The notes under the pieces: generated by a model
What the model saw: the letters and a program-made list of their open reading frames with translations, nothing else
The model's database searches: none
What the model was told of the DNA's origin: nothing
From: an uncultured bacterium
Lineage (GTDB): Bacteria > Hinthialibacterota > Hinthialibacteria > Hinthialibacterales > Hinthialibacteraceae
Direction: 5' to 3'
Length of the DNA stretch: 64,000 bases
Assembly: GCA_964556895.1 (NCBI GenBank)
Contig: CAZKYC010000013.1
Location: 49 to 64,048 of the forward strand
In this document: positions 32,080 through 41,557 of the stretch, in pieces
How positions within the stretch are numbered: the stretch's first letter is position 1
How the letters are laid out: the number at the start of each line of letters is the position of its first letter
Made by a program: the position numbers and the translations under genes

Positions 32080-32234
32080 ATTTCTTGACCTCTTTGCTAT
32101 TTGCCTTGCGTAAACTAATGACTCGAATGGCATTTTTCGGACGGTGAAAACTACACATTAAAGTCGGTTGTGAATGGGTGCGAACCCAACTTCGCGTTTT
32201 TCAGCGGTTTTGCATTGCCCCATTCGAAATCCAT
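32048..32234 (-). pseudogene. brnT: BrnT toxin remnant
   Basis: MDFEWGNAKPLKN, then an internal deletion, ...HNRL*CVVFTVR, and after a frameshift AIRVISLRKANSKEVKKYE. Confidence 0.8.
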
Positions 32235-32287
32235 AATTTTATCGTACATACAAAAAAAGCAGTCTGCAATTGATCCCCCTGTTTTTC

Positions 32288-33766
32288 TTACTCTTCCTCA
32301 TCCGCTTTGGGTTGAACTTTTGTTACAGGCAATGTACCCGAGCGGACGTCGTCAATGAGTTCTTTGGCGCGGAGCAGCAGCCAGTCGCGATGGTTTAGCG
32401 ATGGGTCGTCTAACACGCGCTCCATCAGGCGGTCTAAGATTACCCCATACGCCGGCCCCGGCGCCATGCCCATGTCTTGGAGGTCGCGTCCGTTGATGTT
32501 CAGGTCGGTTATTTTGAGGGCGTCGTCAGCGCGTTCGATATGGCGTAGGCGCCGGACGAAATGAAACAGCCCGATTTCATACCCGTCGTGGTTGAGATGG
32601 TTGCCGCGGCGGTCAGCCATGCGCAGCCGCAGAAACCCGGCGATGCGGTGGCGGCCCACCTTGCGGACAAAGCGGCGGATAGCGCCGTCTGACAGCCCAG
32701 GTTGGAGGTTATACATATGGTTTTCGACAACGACGACGGCGTCTTCGATGGCTTTGTTTGAGAAACGCAAGCGCTGCATGATACGCTTCGCCATGCGCTT
32801 GCTGGCGTATTGGTGGCCATAAAACACATAGTCGCCCTTGCGTTTGAGGTATTGCTTACAGGGCGTCTTGCCGAGGTCATGCATCAGCAGCGACCAGCGT
32901 AAGTTGATCTCATCTTTGGGGGCGGCGTCAACGGCGTGCAAGGTGTGTATGGCGACATCGTCAGCGTGAAAGCGGTTCTGGCCGACGCCAAATCCCATCG
33001 CCAGCTCAGGCAAGACATACACCAACAGGCCGCATCGCTGCATGAGTTCAAACCCGTGCGAGGGCTTGTCATACCCCAACAGTTTCAGCAACTCATCGCG
33101 CACCCGTTCGGCGGATATCTGTTGAATCAGTGGGGCGTTTCTTACAATGGCGCTAAACGCATCATCATCTAAGCGGCCCTGAATTTTGGCGGCGAAGCGC
33201 ACCGCCCGCAGCATACGCAAATAATCTTCGCAAAAGCGCTCTTCAGCGGCGCCGACGGTACGCACCAACCCCGCGCGTAAGTCGGCGGCCCCATTGAATG
33301 GATCAATGATTTCGCCCGTGTCGATGTCCATCGCCATGGCGTTAAAGGTGAAGTCGCGGCGTTTCAAGTCATCGTCTACTGTATCCGCAAACTGGACGAT
33401 GGGGTGGCGCCCATCGGCGTATTCTAAGTCGAAACGAAACGTCGTGATTTCATATTGGACTTTATCAATAACCGCGGCGACGGTGCCGTGTTCAAAGCCG
33501 ACGGGCGCGGCAGTCAGGCCGGCGTTTCGAATTCGCTTCATCACGTCTTTGGGCCGCAGCGAGGTCGCGAGGTCCCAATCGTTTCCACAGACTGAAGTGA
33601 TCTCGCTTGACTGGGGCTGATTGGCGATCGAGTCGCGCAAAATGCCGCCCACAACATAGACGTTGTCGGGGCCAAGTATCTCGCGCAGCCGAACCACTGC
33701 GTCTGGAATCAACGAGCGTTTCATGTGTACCATGTCTATCGTTAGACCTAACAAACTGGGCTTCAT
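32288..33766 (-). CDS. tRNA nucleotidyltransferase (CCA-adding class II) with HD domain
   Basis: VGGILRD, DWD, EITTFR, DLKRRDFTFNA, EDYLRMLRAVRF and HDLGK motifs. Start uncertain. Confidence 0.9.
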   Translation of the reverse strand: MKPSLLGLTIDMVHMKRSLIPDAVVRLREILGPDNVYVVGGILRDSIANQPQSSEITSVCGNDWDLATSLRPKDVMKRIRNAGLTAAPVGFEHGTVAAVIDKVQYEITTFRFDLEYADGRHPIVQFADTVDDDLKRRDFTFNAMAMDIDTGEIIDPFNGAADLRAGLVRTVGAAEERFCEDYLRMLRAVRFAAKIQGRLDDDAFSAIVRNAPLIQQISAERVRDELLKLLGYDKPSHGFELMQRCGLLVYVLPELAMGFGVGQNRFHADDVAIHTLHAVDAAPKDEINLRWSLLMHDLGKTPCKQYLKRKGDYVFYGHQYASKRMAKRIMQRLRFSNKAIEDAVVVVENHMYNLQPGLSDGAIRRFVRKVGRHRIAGFLRLRMADRRGNHLNHDGYEIGLFHFVRRLRHIERADDALKITDLNINGRDLQDMGMAPGPAYGVILDRLMERVLDDPSLNHRDWLLLRAKELIDDVRSGTLPVTKVQPKADEEE

Positions 33767-33909
33767 ATCGCGAGAGCGGTGTATCGTTTTCTGGCATGGG
33801 GCTAAAGTAACAGTGACTGAACCTGTCGACTATGATAGTGTATACATGCTGGCGGGCAACGTGTACTCATTTGTATTCGCCAGTGGGTGAGGCGCCTACG
33901 AGGTGGATT

Positions 33910-34536
33910 ATGGGATGGAATCGTTTTAGACCGTTGGATACCCGCGCCTTATCGCTGCTTACACTCACAGCATTCGCGTTCACTGGATGCTCAAGCGCTC
34001 CCCTGGTTAATAACCAATCGTTTCATTTGAATGAACAACGAAACAGGCTGCCCACATCGGTAGGTGAACTAACGCGGCATGAAGAACCCTTTGAAGGCAG
34101 GCTGCCGCTTGGGCTGGGCGCGCGCGTCAATGTATTTATGGCCGAAAGCGCCCATGGGGTTGATACGCTCTACTCAGACGTGTTGAAACCGATGCGGGCC
34201 GGCAAGCTGTTTCGCTCTCAGCCGTTCGCGATTGATTACGCCGTGCGCGACCGCGGCGACTCGTTTGATGAAGGGTCAAAACTGACCGACTTGGATTTTG
34301 AGTCGAAGTATGACATCCGCCTCGGAATGAGCCGACGCTTTCACCGCTTTGGCGATTTTCTGAATCCAAAATTTTGGATGGCGTCAGGCCGCTTTGCGCC
34401 AGAGCCGCCCAAACAGCGCCCTCCTGGAAGAACAGGCTGGAACCCGCTATTCACCGAAACGGCGCCTCCGCTCTTTGAGAGCGAAGACGCCGAGGAGACG
34501 CCCAAAACCATCTCGTTACTTGATGTGATCGAGTAG
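33910..34536 (+). CDS. Hypothetical lipoprotein
   Basis: AGGTGG RBS-like sequence, signal peptide and FTGC lipobox. Confidence 0.6.
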   Translation: MGWNRFRPLDTRALSLLTLTAFAFTGCSSAPLVNNQSFHLNEQRNRLPTSVGELTRHEEPFEGRLPLGLGARVNVFMAESAHGVDTLYSDVLKPMRAGKLFRSQPFAIDYAVRDRGDSFDEGSKLTDLDFESKYDIRLGMSRRFHRFGDFLNPKFWMASGRFAPEPPKQRPPGRTGWNPLFTETAPPLFESEDAEETPKTISLLDVIE

Positions 34537-34570
34537 CAACCAGTATCTACCTCATTTTTTTTATGTGCAT

Positions 34571-34646
34571 GGCTTGTGTACAACGCTGCTCGCTTCAGCG
34601 CCGCTCCGCTATTTTGCGCAGGCGCTCTCAGAGTTGCACCCATGCC
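34571..34646. repeat. Hairpin repeat family A, copy 4
   Basis: ..TACAACGCTGCTCGCTTCAGCGCCGCTCCGC..AGGCGCTCTCAGAGTTGCACCCATGCC. Confidence 0.88.
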
Positions 34647-34722
34647 TGAATCGGCTTGTCAATTATTGTTCCGCCAGAACTCTGTTTGTTCGCTTTATTG
34701 ATTTGGGCGGCAAGGCAAAAGG

Positions 34723-34803
34723 GGGAGGGCGAGTCTCCCGACGAGCCGCACTGAAATGAAATTGCTTTTCTATATCGCAGCACGCCAGGAGACTCGCCCT
34801 CCC
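34723..34803. repeat. REPIN-like inverted doublet (family B)
   Basis: GGGAGGGCGAGTCTCC...GGAGACTCGCCCTCCC with perfect outer arms. Confidence 0.88.
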
Positions 34804-34824
34804 TAAATTGAATTCAATTGTTCT

Positions 34825-36162
34825 CTACTTATACTTTGGCCTTGTAATGCGCGGCATGGTGGTCAGCAACTTGCGCAAGTAGGTCGAGTTGAGTTGGGTG
34901 CGCGACCATTTGATTGTGTGGAGCGCAAATTGATCAGGCAACCCGTCAAACGCGACCACATCATAGTCTTCAATAAACTGGTGTAAGTCAGGATGGAGTT
35001 TATCTAACACCTCTTGAGTGATTAAAATCTCTTCTGACTCGGCTTTTGACTGGGTCGCTTTGCCGATGCGCATGTCCTTCGATTGCAGCAGTTCTGTGCC
35101 CTGAAACACCACTTCGCCCACATGGATGCCAATCGCCGCTTGGACTTTCTGGACGTCTCTCACCTGCATGTTGCGCTTGAACAGCGACTGGAGAATTTGA
35201 ATCGCGGCGACGGCGGCGCGGTCGATATTATCGACTTCATACCCCGCGATAATCTGGTCGCCCTCACAGTTACGCAAAAATTCGCAGCCCTGCGACGTGA
35301 ACGTCTTGTTACAGATTTTTTGGTATTCTTCAATCAGGCGGGTGGCTTCGCGGTCGCCGTAACTCCAAAACTTTTTGGTCGAGCCGCACACGTCAATGTA
35401 AACCATCGCCCAGTCATGGCTATGACGCTCTACGACGGCTGTCATGGGTTTGTCTTTTTTGAGCGCCGCCAGCTGTTCTTTGATGCTGGGTTTTTTGCTG
35501 GGCGAAGCCGGGGCCAAATTGTCTTCGTGATAGGCCTGGTAGAGGTCTTGAGGCTCAGGGATGTTTTTGAGATCAAACGCGCCAATCTTTTTGAAATTAA
35601 AATCGCCTGACGCTCGCAAGATTTTATGAATTTGAGACGACACCAAAATCTGGCCGGGCTGCGCCTTGCTTTTCACCCGGGCGGCCATGTTGGCGGTGTT
35701 TGACTGAAGAAGCGCCCCGTCTTTAAACACCACATACCCTTGATGAACGCCAAAACAGGGGACCAGCGGCGTCTCCGCCGGACGCGAATCGTTCCATTCA
35801 TCCATCACTTCAAGTACTGAGTCGGCGGCCTTTAACGCCGCTTCCGGCGTTTCAAAACAGGCGATGATTTGCGGCCCGCCGGTCGGGTCGATAAAGGTCG
35901 GCCCAAGTTCCATCAAGCGTTCGCGGGCGTGAGATTGGTAGTCGGCGAAGATGGCGTCAGCCGCGTTGCTGTCTAACTTCCAAACATCGTCAGCCGAAGC
36001 CGACACGTCGATAAACATGATGGTCCATAGTTGTTGGTTTTCGTCTCGAAACTCTTGTTCGACCCGGTCTCGGGTCTCAAGCGCTTTTCTCAGGCGGTCT
36101 TCGAGGTCGTTCGACGATGAGCCGCGTTTAAATGATTGTGCGTCTCTCATTGGTTGGTTCAC
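34825..36162 (-). CDS. Protein with two class III nucleotide cyclase (adenylate/guanylate cyclase-like) domains
   Basis: Domain 1 has MFIDVSAS, GVHQG, NMAARV, GQILVS and LKNI. Domain 2 has VYIDVCGST, EGDQ, IGIHVGEV and EILIT. Confidence 0.85.
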   Translation of the reverse strand: MNQPMRDAQSFKRGSSSNDLEDRLRKALETRDRVEQEFRDENQQLWTIMFIDVSASADDVWKLDSNAADAIFADYQSHARERLMELGPTFIDPTGGPQIIACFETPEAALKAADSVLEVMDEWNDSRPAETPLVPCFGVHQGYVVFKDGALLQSNTANMAARVKSKAQPGQILVSSQIHKILRASGDFNFKKIGAFDLKNIPEPQDLYQAYHEDNLAPASPSKKPSIKEQLAALKKDKPMTAVVERHSHDWAMVYIDVCGSTKKFWSYGDREATRLIEEYQKICNKTFTSQGCEFLRNCEGDQIIAGYEVDNIDRAAVAAIQILQSLFKRNMQVRDVQKVQAAIGIHVGEVVFQGTELLQSKDMRIGKATQSKAESEEILITQEVLDKLHPDLHQFIEDYDVVAFDGLPDQFALHTIKWSRTQLNSTYLRKLLTTMPRITRPKYK

Positions 36163-36908
36163 CCTATCGTGTTATGACATTTGTTCAGATAAAAGCCTAT
36201 TTTAATGATCGTACAACACTGAACAAAATCAAAATGGAATTACAGACGACAACCTATGTCACATTCTTTGACGCAGGTTGTTTTTTGAAATTGATACGAA
36301 ATTTGTTCTCGATTGTAAGAATGAGAAACTATATAGTAGATGAAAATGAAAATGTGCAAAGTTTTTTTATTCGTTTCAAGCAGAAGCTGCATAGAAAGCC
36401 ACACGACTTCGATAGCAAGTAATGGCGTAATTCTTTTTACCTTATATATAAAAGCAGATTCACAGAATCTACAAGACCTGCCCTCTAACCATTTGTCCAG
36501 AAAGTATCGCAACCCTAAATATGGATAGTCCTTCACTTAAATTTTCTATATATTGACAACGGTGCATCTATTTACGAATAATTTACCCCTTCTATAATTC
36601 ATCGGGAATATTTTTCATGTGCGCTTTATTCGCTTGTAAAGTGTTATTTTGTTACATGCTATTATTTTTGTAAAAGAATTAGCATTTACGCTAATTTTCT
36701 TTTAATATGCGTTAAAAGACCTGGAAATTCTCACTTAAAGATGGTTTTGTCTATTCTTGCACAAAACTTGCGATGACATTGTTTATAACACCTTTTTAAG
36801 CGTTTTTTTGACTTGTAGTGATATTTTACATAAGGGCGCTTCAGGGCATGCCCTAATAGTGGTCAGGCGGCTTTAAGGCCGCATATCAAGAAGTGCGAGA
36901 CTGATTTT

Positions 36909-38873
36909 GTGAAGAACCCGTTTTCCCGCTCGAACGACCTGCCGTTCACACTAAGCGGTAAACCCGACCGTATTTCCCAAACTCTGTTCGGAAAGTATGG
37001 CGAAGAAAAACGTTGGGAAGCGCTAGACGCGATCTCGGCGCCAGGACAATCGGCGTGGCACCACCGCTTGTTGTTGTGGATGCTCGCCAGTGAAAACCCC
37101 GACATGCGCGACCGCTGTTGGGAAATTCTTGACCACTCCAAAGTTGATTTTGATATGTTGATGAACGAACTCTCCTGCCCGATGTGGCAAGTGAGGGTTG
37201 GCGTCATTCGGTTGCTCGCCAAAAGCGGTCGCTTGGATATCGTCCGGTATCTAGTGTCGGGCATTGAAGACTATCACCAGGAAGTGATTGACGAAACCAA
37301 GCGCAGTTTGACGATTCTGGTGCAAAACGCGCACAGCCGCCGCGAGCGCGGCGAGCTGCCTCGCGAAGAGGTCGAAGACGCGCTGACCTCTCTCTACCAA
37401 CCATTGTACGCCTCAAAACGGTCGCCCAAGTTTCAGGCGCTTCAGTTTTTGTTTAAGATCGCGCCGCTTGATGAAGACCTGTTTTGGGAGATGTATTTAA
37501 ATCTTGAGTTGCCCCAATACTCTCTCTTTCACGAAGAGTTAATTCGCTACCAGACTAACGGCTCGTTAGAAGTCATGTATTACGGCCTGCTACAACAAAA
37601 TGAATCCATCGTTTCGCGTTTGACAGGCTTTTTGGCGATTGCGGTGCGCAACAGCGGCGACAATGTGACCCACCACTTAAACGCCATTCGCAAGTTACAC
37701 CGCGATGACTTCGTTAAAGTGGCGTTTGTGTTACAACATTACCGCATTTTGGTTGAGTTTCAGGGCCTGATCAAACACATGAACCCACCTGACCGCATCG
37801 TGTTGTTTGACCTTCTCGAGGCGGTCGGCGCAGAACAAAACCTGGCGTTTTTGTTGAGATGCCTCCAACTTGACGACTCGCGCATCCGCATTCGGGTGTT
37901 AAAGATTCTCGGCGAGAGCGAGACGCTGGGCCTTCGCCATGAGGTATTTGAGTTTCTCACCGACACCGATGAACAGGTCTTGTTGGCGACGTTTCGTTAC
38001 CTTCAGAAAAAGGGCGATTTGTCGATCCTCGAAAAAATCTCTCACCTGACGCGCAGCAAGAAAAAGAAAGTTCGCCAGGGCGTGGTCACCACCATGTTCA
38101 AGATCGTCAAAGAAATGTTGTTGACCAACTTTGACACCTTCACCAACCAAAAGCGCCATAAGATTCTCAAGTGGCTTCAAAAGATGAAACCCAATTTCTT
38201 CAAAGAGATTGTGTATCTCTCAGAATCACCTGATGAGATTGACCGCATTCGCTACCTCAAAATGCTTGAAGCCTGTGAATTGGGCGAGGCCATGGCCGAA
38301 TACCGCCGTATGGCCAGAGACCAAAACCCAAAAATTCGCGCGACGTCGATCAACGGGTTTGGCCGCATCAAAGACGCTGACACCCGCTTTCGCCTGGCCA
38401 AACCGTTCTTTACTGACCCTGACCCGCGGGTGCGCGCCAATGCGTTTGACTTGTTGCCTGAAGATAGGCCCGACAATGACGAGGTGATAGAACTCGCCAA
38501 AAAAGCGGCTGAAGAAGGCAACCGCCGTGAATGCGGCAGCGCCTTGGCCAAACTATTAAACTGGGGCTTTAAAGAATATGAAGAGAAACTGTTAACACTT
38601 CTCGAAAGCGATGATGAATTTACCAAAGCCAGCGCGCTATGGGTATTGGGCGTCGCCAAGGGCATGGACCATCTGGTCGACAATCTTCGCGAAGCCGCCA
38701 ACGACAAGCGGTCTTCCGTCCGTGAGATGGCGGTGCGCGGCATCGGCCTGAAGGGCTCCGAAGAAGACCTGCGCGCCTTGATGCCGTTCCTTCAAGACCC
38801 CGACCGCAACGTCCGCGTCGCCACCCAAAAGGCGTTGCGAAACCGCTTAAACCTCTCCTTTGAAATCGCCTAA
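36909..38873 (+). CDS. HEAT-repeat protein
   Basis: Repeated D.D.RVR..A motifs (DDSRIR, DQNPKIR, DPDPRVR, DPDRNVR). Confidence 0.85.
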   Translation: MKNPFSRSNDLPFTLSGKPDRISQTLFGKYGEEKRWEALDAISAPGQSAWHHRLLLWMLASENPDMRDRCWEILDHSKVDFDMLMNELSCPMWQVRVGVIRLLAKSGRLDIVRYLVSGIEDYHQEVIDETKRSLTILVQNAHSRRERGELPREEVEDALTSLYQPLYASKRSPKFQALQFLFKIAPLDEDLFWEMYLNLELPQYSLFHEELIRYQTNGSLEVMYYGLLQQNESIVSRLTGFLAIAVRNSGDNVTHHLNAIRKLHRDDFVKVAFVLQHYRILVEFQGLIKHMNPPDRIVLFDLLEAVGAEQNLAFLLRCLQLDDSRIRIRVLKILGESETLGLRHEVFEFLTDTDEQVLLATFRYLQKKGDLSILEKISHLTRSKKKKVRQGVVTTMFKIVKEMLLTNFDTFTNQKRHKILKWLQKMKPNFFKEIVYLSESPDEIDRIRYLKMLEACELGEAMAEYRRMARDQNPKIRATSINGFGRIKDADTRFRLAKPFFTDPDPRVRANAFDLLPEDRPDNDEVIELAKKAAEEGNRRECGSALAKLLNWGFKEYEEKLLTLLESDDEFTKASALWVLGVAKGMDHLVDNLREAANDKRSSVREMAVRGIGLKGSEEDLRALMPFLQDPDRNVRVATQKALRNRLNLSFEIA

Positions 38874-38882
38874 CCAATTGTC

Positions 38883-39164
38883 ATGGACGCCCGCCACAAA
38901 CGAAAACGCGCCGTGGCGCTCAACTATGACTCAGACCAAAGCAGCGCGCCGACCGTAGCCGCCAAAGGCCAGGGCGAAGTCGCTGAACGCATCATCGCGC
39001 TGGCTAAAGACCATGATATTCCACTCTATGAAGACCCTGACCTGATTGAAGTATTAAGTTCCATTGATTTAGGCCGGGAGATTCCAGAAGAACTCTATAA
39101 AGCGGTCGCCGAAGTGTTGGCGTTTATCTACCGGATGAACCAAACCTACGAAAAAAAACCCTAA
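38883..39164 (+). CDS. FlhB C-terminal-like (EscU/YscU/HrcU family, FlhX/YlqH-type) small protein
   Basis: AVALNY..APTVAAKGQG.VAERII..A..HDIP..ED..L...EIPEELYKAVAEVLAFIY. Confidence 0.9.
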   Translation: MDARHKRKRAVALNYDSDQSSAPTVAAKGQGEVAERIIALAKDHDIPLYEDPDLIEVLSSIDLGREIPEELYKAVAEVLAFIYRMNQTYEKKP

Positions 39165-39187
39165 CTTGAATTAAATGTCCAGTTGAC

Positions 39188-39216
39188 TTGACTTTTTTTA
39201 TGTGGTAGAACATAGT
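39188..39216 (+). promoter_or_regulatory. Putative sigma70 promoter for the pilin-like gene (~190-nt leader)
   Basis: TTGACT-N17-CATAGT. Confidence 0.5.
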
Positions 39217-39410
39217 ATCAATTCGTCGGGGAGGACTGCGTAAGCCCTCATGCAAGTGCAGTTCCATCCCATGCTCTTGTGACGCAGAGCAATGTCACGG
39301 CTTTATCAATTATTTTTTGTCAGACCAAACTGCGTCGTAAGAGAAGGGGCTTCGCCCTTGGGTGAAGCAAACCGTATCGTTTTACAAAATCAGAAAGGTG
39401 GTGAAATGGG

Positions 39411-40022
39411 ATGAAGAAACTGCAAGGGTTTACGCTAATTGAGCTGCTTATCGTCGTTGCCATTATTGGCATCCTGGCCGCGATCGCCGTTCCTAACTTT
39501 ATGAACGCGCAGGTCCGCGCCAAAGTTGCTCGGGCAGAGTCGGAAATGCGGAACATCCAGAACTCTCTGGAATCGTTCTTCATTGATAACAACGGCTATC
39601 CATTCATGGACAGCGACCGTTTACGCGCTCGCCGTCAGTACAAAGGGTTGGAAGAGCCTGACGTGAATGTTGCTCACATCATGATCGGTACTGGCTCTAA
39701 CGCCCGTCGTTTGTACCTGACCACCCCGGTCGCGTACATTTCGTCGCTTCCGTTTGACCCGTTCCACGGTGATGGCGCCACATGGGGCTATCAGTACGGT
39801 TCCAATGGTCAGAGCTATTACATTCTGTCCAGCTGGGGCCCAGACCAACAAGACGGTCTTGGCAGCGGTGAAGGCTTTGATGAACGTGAATACACCGGTG
39901 CGCGTTTCACAGACACACGCAAGGTCGGTATTCGTGACAGCAAGTTCTTGCTTTCACAGTTTATCTACAACGCGTCAAATGGCATCACCAGTGATGGCGA
40001 CATCATGCGCGTTGGACCATAA
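39411..40022 (+). CDS. Prepilin-type N-terminal cleavage/methylation protein
   Basis: G|FTLIELLIVVAIIGILAAIAVPNF, LTTPVAY, DPF, SWGPDQ and YNASNGITSDGDI. Confidence 0.92.
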   Translation: MKKLQGFTLIELLIVVAIIGILAAIAVPNFMNAQVRAKVARAESEMRNIQNSLESFFIDNNGYPFMDSDRLRARRQYKGLEEPDVNVAHIMIGTGSNARRLYLTTPVAYISSLPFDPFHGDGATWGYQYGSNGQSYYILSSWGPDQQDGLGSGEGFDEREYTGARFTDTRKVGIRDSKFLLSQFIYNASNGITSDGDIMRVGP

Positions 40023-40047
40023 CGCATTGTTGCAACTCGTTTACAAG

Positions 40048-40078
40048 AAAGCCGGAGGAGAAATCCTCCGGCTTTTTT
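40048..40078 (+). terminator. Rho-independent terminator
   Basis: AAAGCCGGAGGA-GAAA-TCCTCCGGCTTT followed by T's. Confidence 0.88.
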
Positions 40079-40325
40079 CGTTTAGAGAGCTTTGTGAATA
40101 GTATTGTCAGGCTTTAGCCATTACCGCCACACCAGATCCGCCGGCGCCTGGCGCACCAGGTGAGAATAGCTGAATTCTGGTTTATGTTTCGTCTTCGTTT
40201 GGTTGATTGGGCAAATCATCGTCATTTTCTCAAACGCCGTAGCCGATGACAAAAAGCGCGGCTACACTACCCCATCATCAAGCCGTAACTCTCTGTTTCA
40301 CATTTGATTCAAAGGATAATGGCCC

Positions 40326-40742
40326 ATGGGACTCTTTGATTGGTTGGTTAGAAAACCCAAAAAAACCACCATGCCTGAAGTCGCCGAAGCGCAACCCGAA
40401 CCACAACCGCACTATGAATCGCCCGAAATTTCACCGCCGGAAGTGAAGCAAAAACTCGACGCGGGCGAGCCGGTCATTCTCGTCGACGTGCGCCAGCCCG
40501 AAGAAATTGAAATCTGTCACATCGAAGGCGCGGTGAACATCCCCATGATGGATGTCCACGAGCGCTACAAAGAAATCTCTGACGACCCCAACGCCGAGAT
40601 CATTGTCTTTTGCCACCACGGCTCACGCAGCATGCAAGTGATGCATCAATTGTGGGGATTGGGCTATCAAAACTGCAAGAACATGTCAGGCGGGATTCAC
40701 GCCTGGTCGCTTGACGTCGACCCCAAAGTAGCGAGGTATTAA
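40326..40742 (+). CDS. Rhodanese-like domain protein
   Basis: VDVRQPEE, CHHGSRS and GGIHAW motifs. Confidence 0.92.
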   Translation: MGLFDWLVRKPKKTTMPEVAEAQPEPQPHYESPEISPPEVKQKLDAGEPVILVDVRQPEEIEICHIEGAVNIPMMDVHERYKEISDDPNAEIIVFCHHGSRSMQVMHQLWGLGYQNCKNMSGGIHAWSLDVDPKVARY

Positions 40743-40817
40743 TCACTCTGGCGGTTGGGCGATAAAACCGTCCATCGGGTTTTTGCTCTATTTTTTCTTG
40801 TCGGGATCCATATTTAA

Positions 40818-41076
40818 GGCTCATCCGGGATTTGGATATTTTCTCTCAAATTGAATTAAAATTTCCAGACACGCTCTCAGGGATGATTTTTTTATCGTTG
40901 TATTTGGCATGGGTACAACTCTGCTCGCTTCAGTGCGGCTCCGCCTTTTTGCACAGGCGCTCCCTGAGTTGCACCCATGCCTGAGTTGGATTGTCTATTA
41001 TTGAAAGGACGAATATCGTTTTTTGACCCAATTCCAGGTCATCCAACAAGGGAAGTACTCAAATATCGGAAGAACC
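40818..41076. mobile_element. Non-autonomous ISL3-like MITE (259 bp) with 8-bp TSD, carrying family A copy 5 (40906-40981)
   Basis: Ends GGCTCATCCGGGATTTG / CAAATATCGGAAGAACC (13 of 17 complementary), flanked by the direct repeat ATATTTAA at 40810-40817 and 41077-41084. Confidence 0.85.
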
Positions 41077-41163
41077 ATATTTAACAACCCATGGTTTGGG
41101 TTGTCGGTCTCATTCGGGTGTAAAAATTCAATCCAACAGTACAGAAGACCATGTGGACTGTTA

Positions 41164-41529
41164 TTAGATCACCCAGTCTTGGACATGTTCAGGCGGCAGT
41201 TCGCGCTCAATATAAATCACCATGGCGGCGTAGCGCTCGTCAGGCGGCGCGCCGATTTTGACTTCGACGATGTTGCCCGCTTTTCGCACTTGGGTTTCGG
41301 GATTGATCAGTTCGATGCGTTTTCCCATCGGGTGGCGCTTGACCCAATCGTTGCGTTCTTCGGCGTTATCGAATTGTTTACAACCCACCAAAACTTTATC
41401 AAAAGTCATAATGATGTGTTGGCGCTCGGACGTTTCGAGAAACTCATCGGGCGTTGTGTCGCGGCTGATGTCAGGCGCATACAACTCGACTTCTTCATTC
41501 ACTAAATGCCAGCGTTCGACTGCGCTCAT
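41164..41529 (-). CDS. Hypothetical protein (121 aa)
   Basis: GGGAGG RBS before the ATG (MSAVERWHL...), co-oriented and close behind cobA-hemD. Confidence 0.65.
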   Translation of the reverse strand: MSAVERWHLVNEEVELYAPDISRDTTPDEFLETSERQHIIMTFDKVLVGCKQFDNAEERNDWVKRHPMGKRIELINPETQVRKAGNIVEVKIGAPPDERYAAMVIYIERELPPEHVQDWVI

Positions 41530-41557
41530 GGCCCGCCTCCCGAGTGGTTTTCTATTT

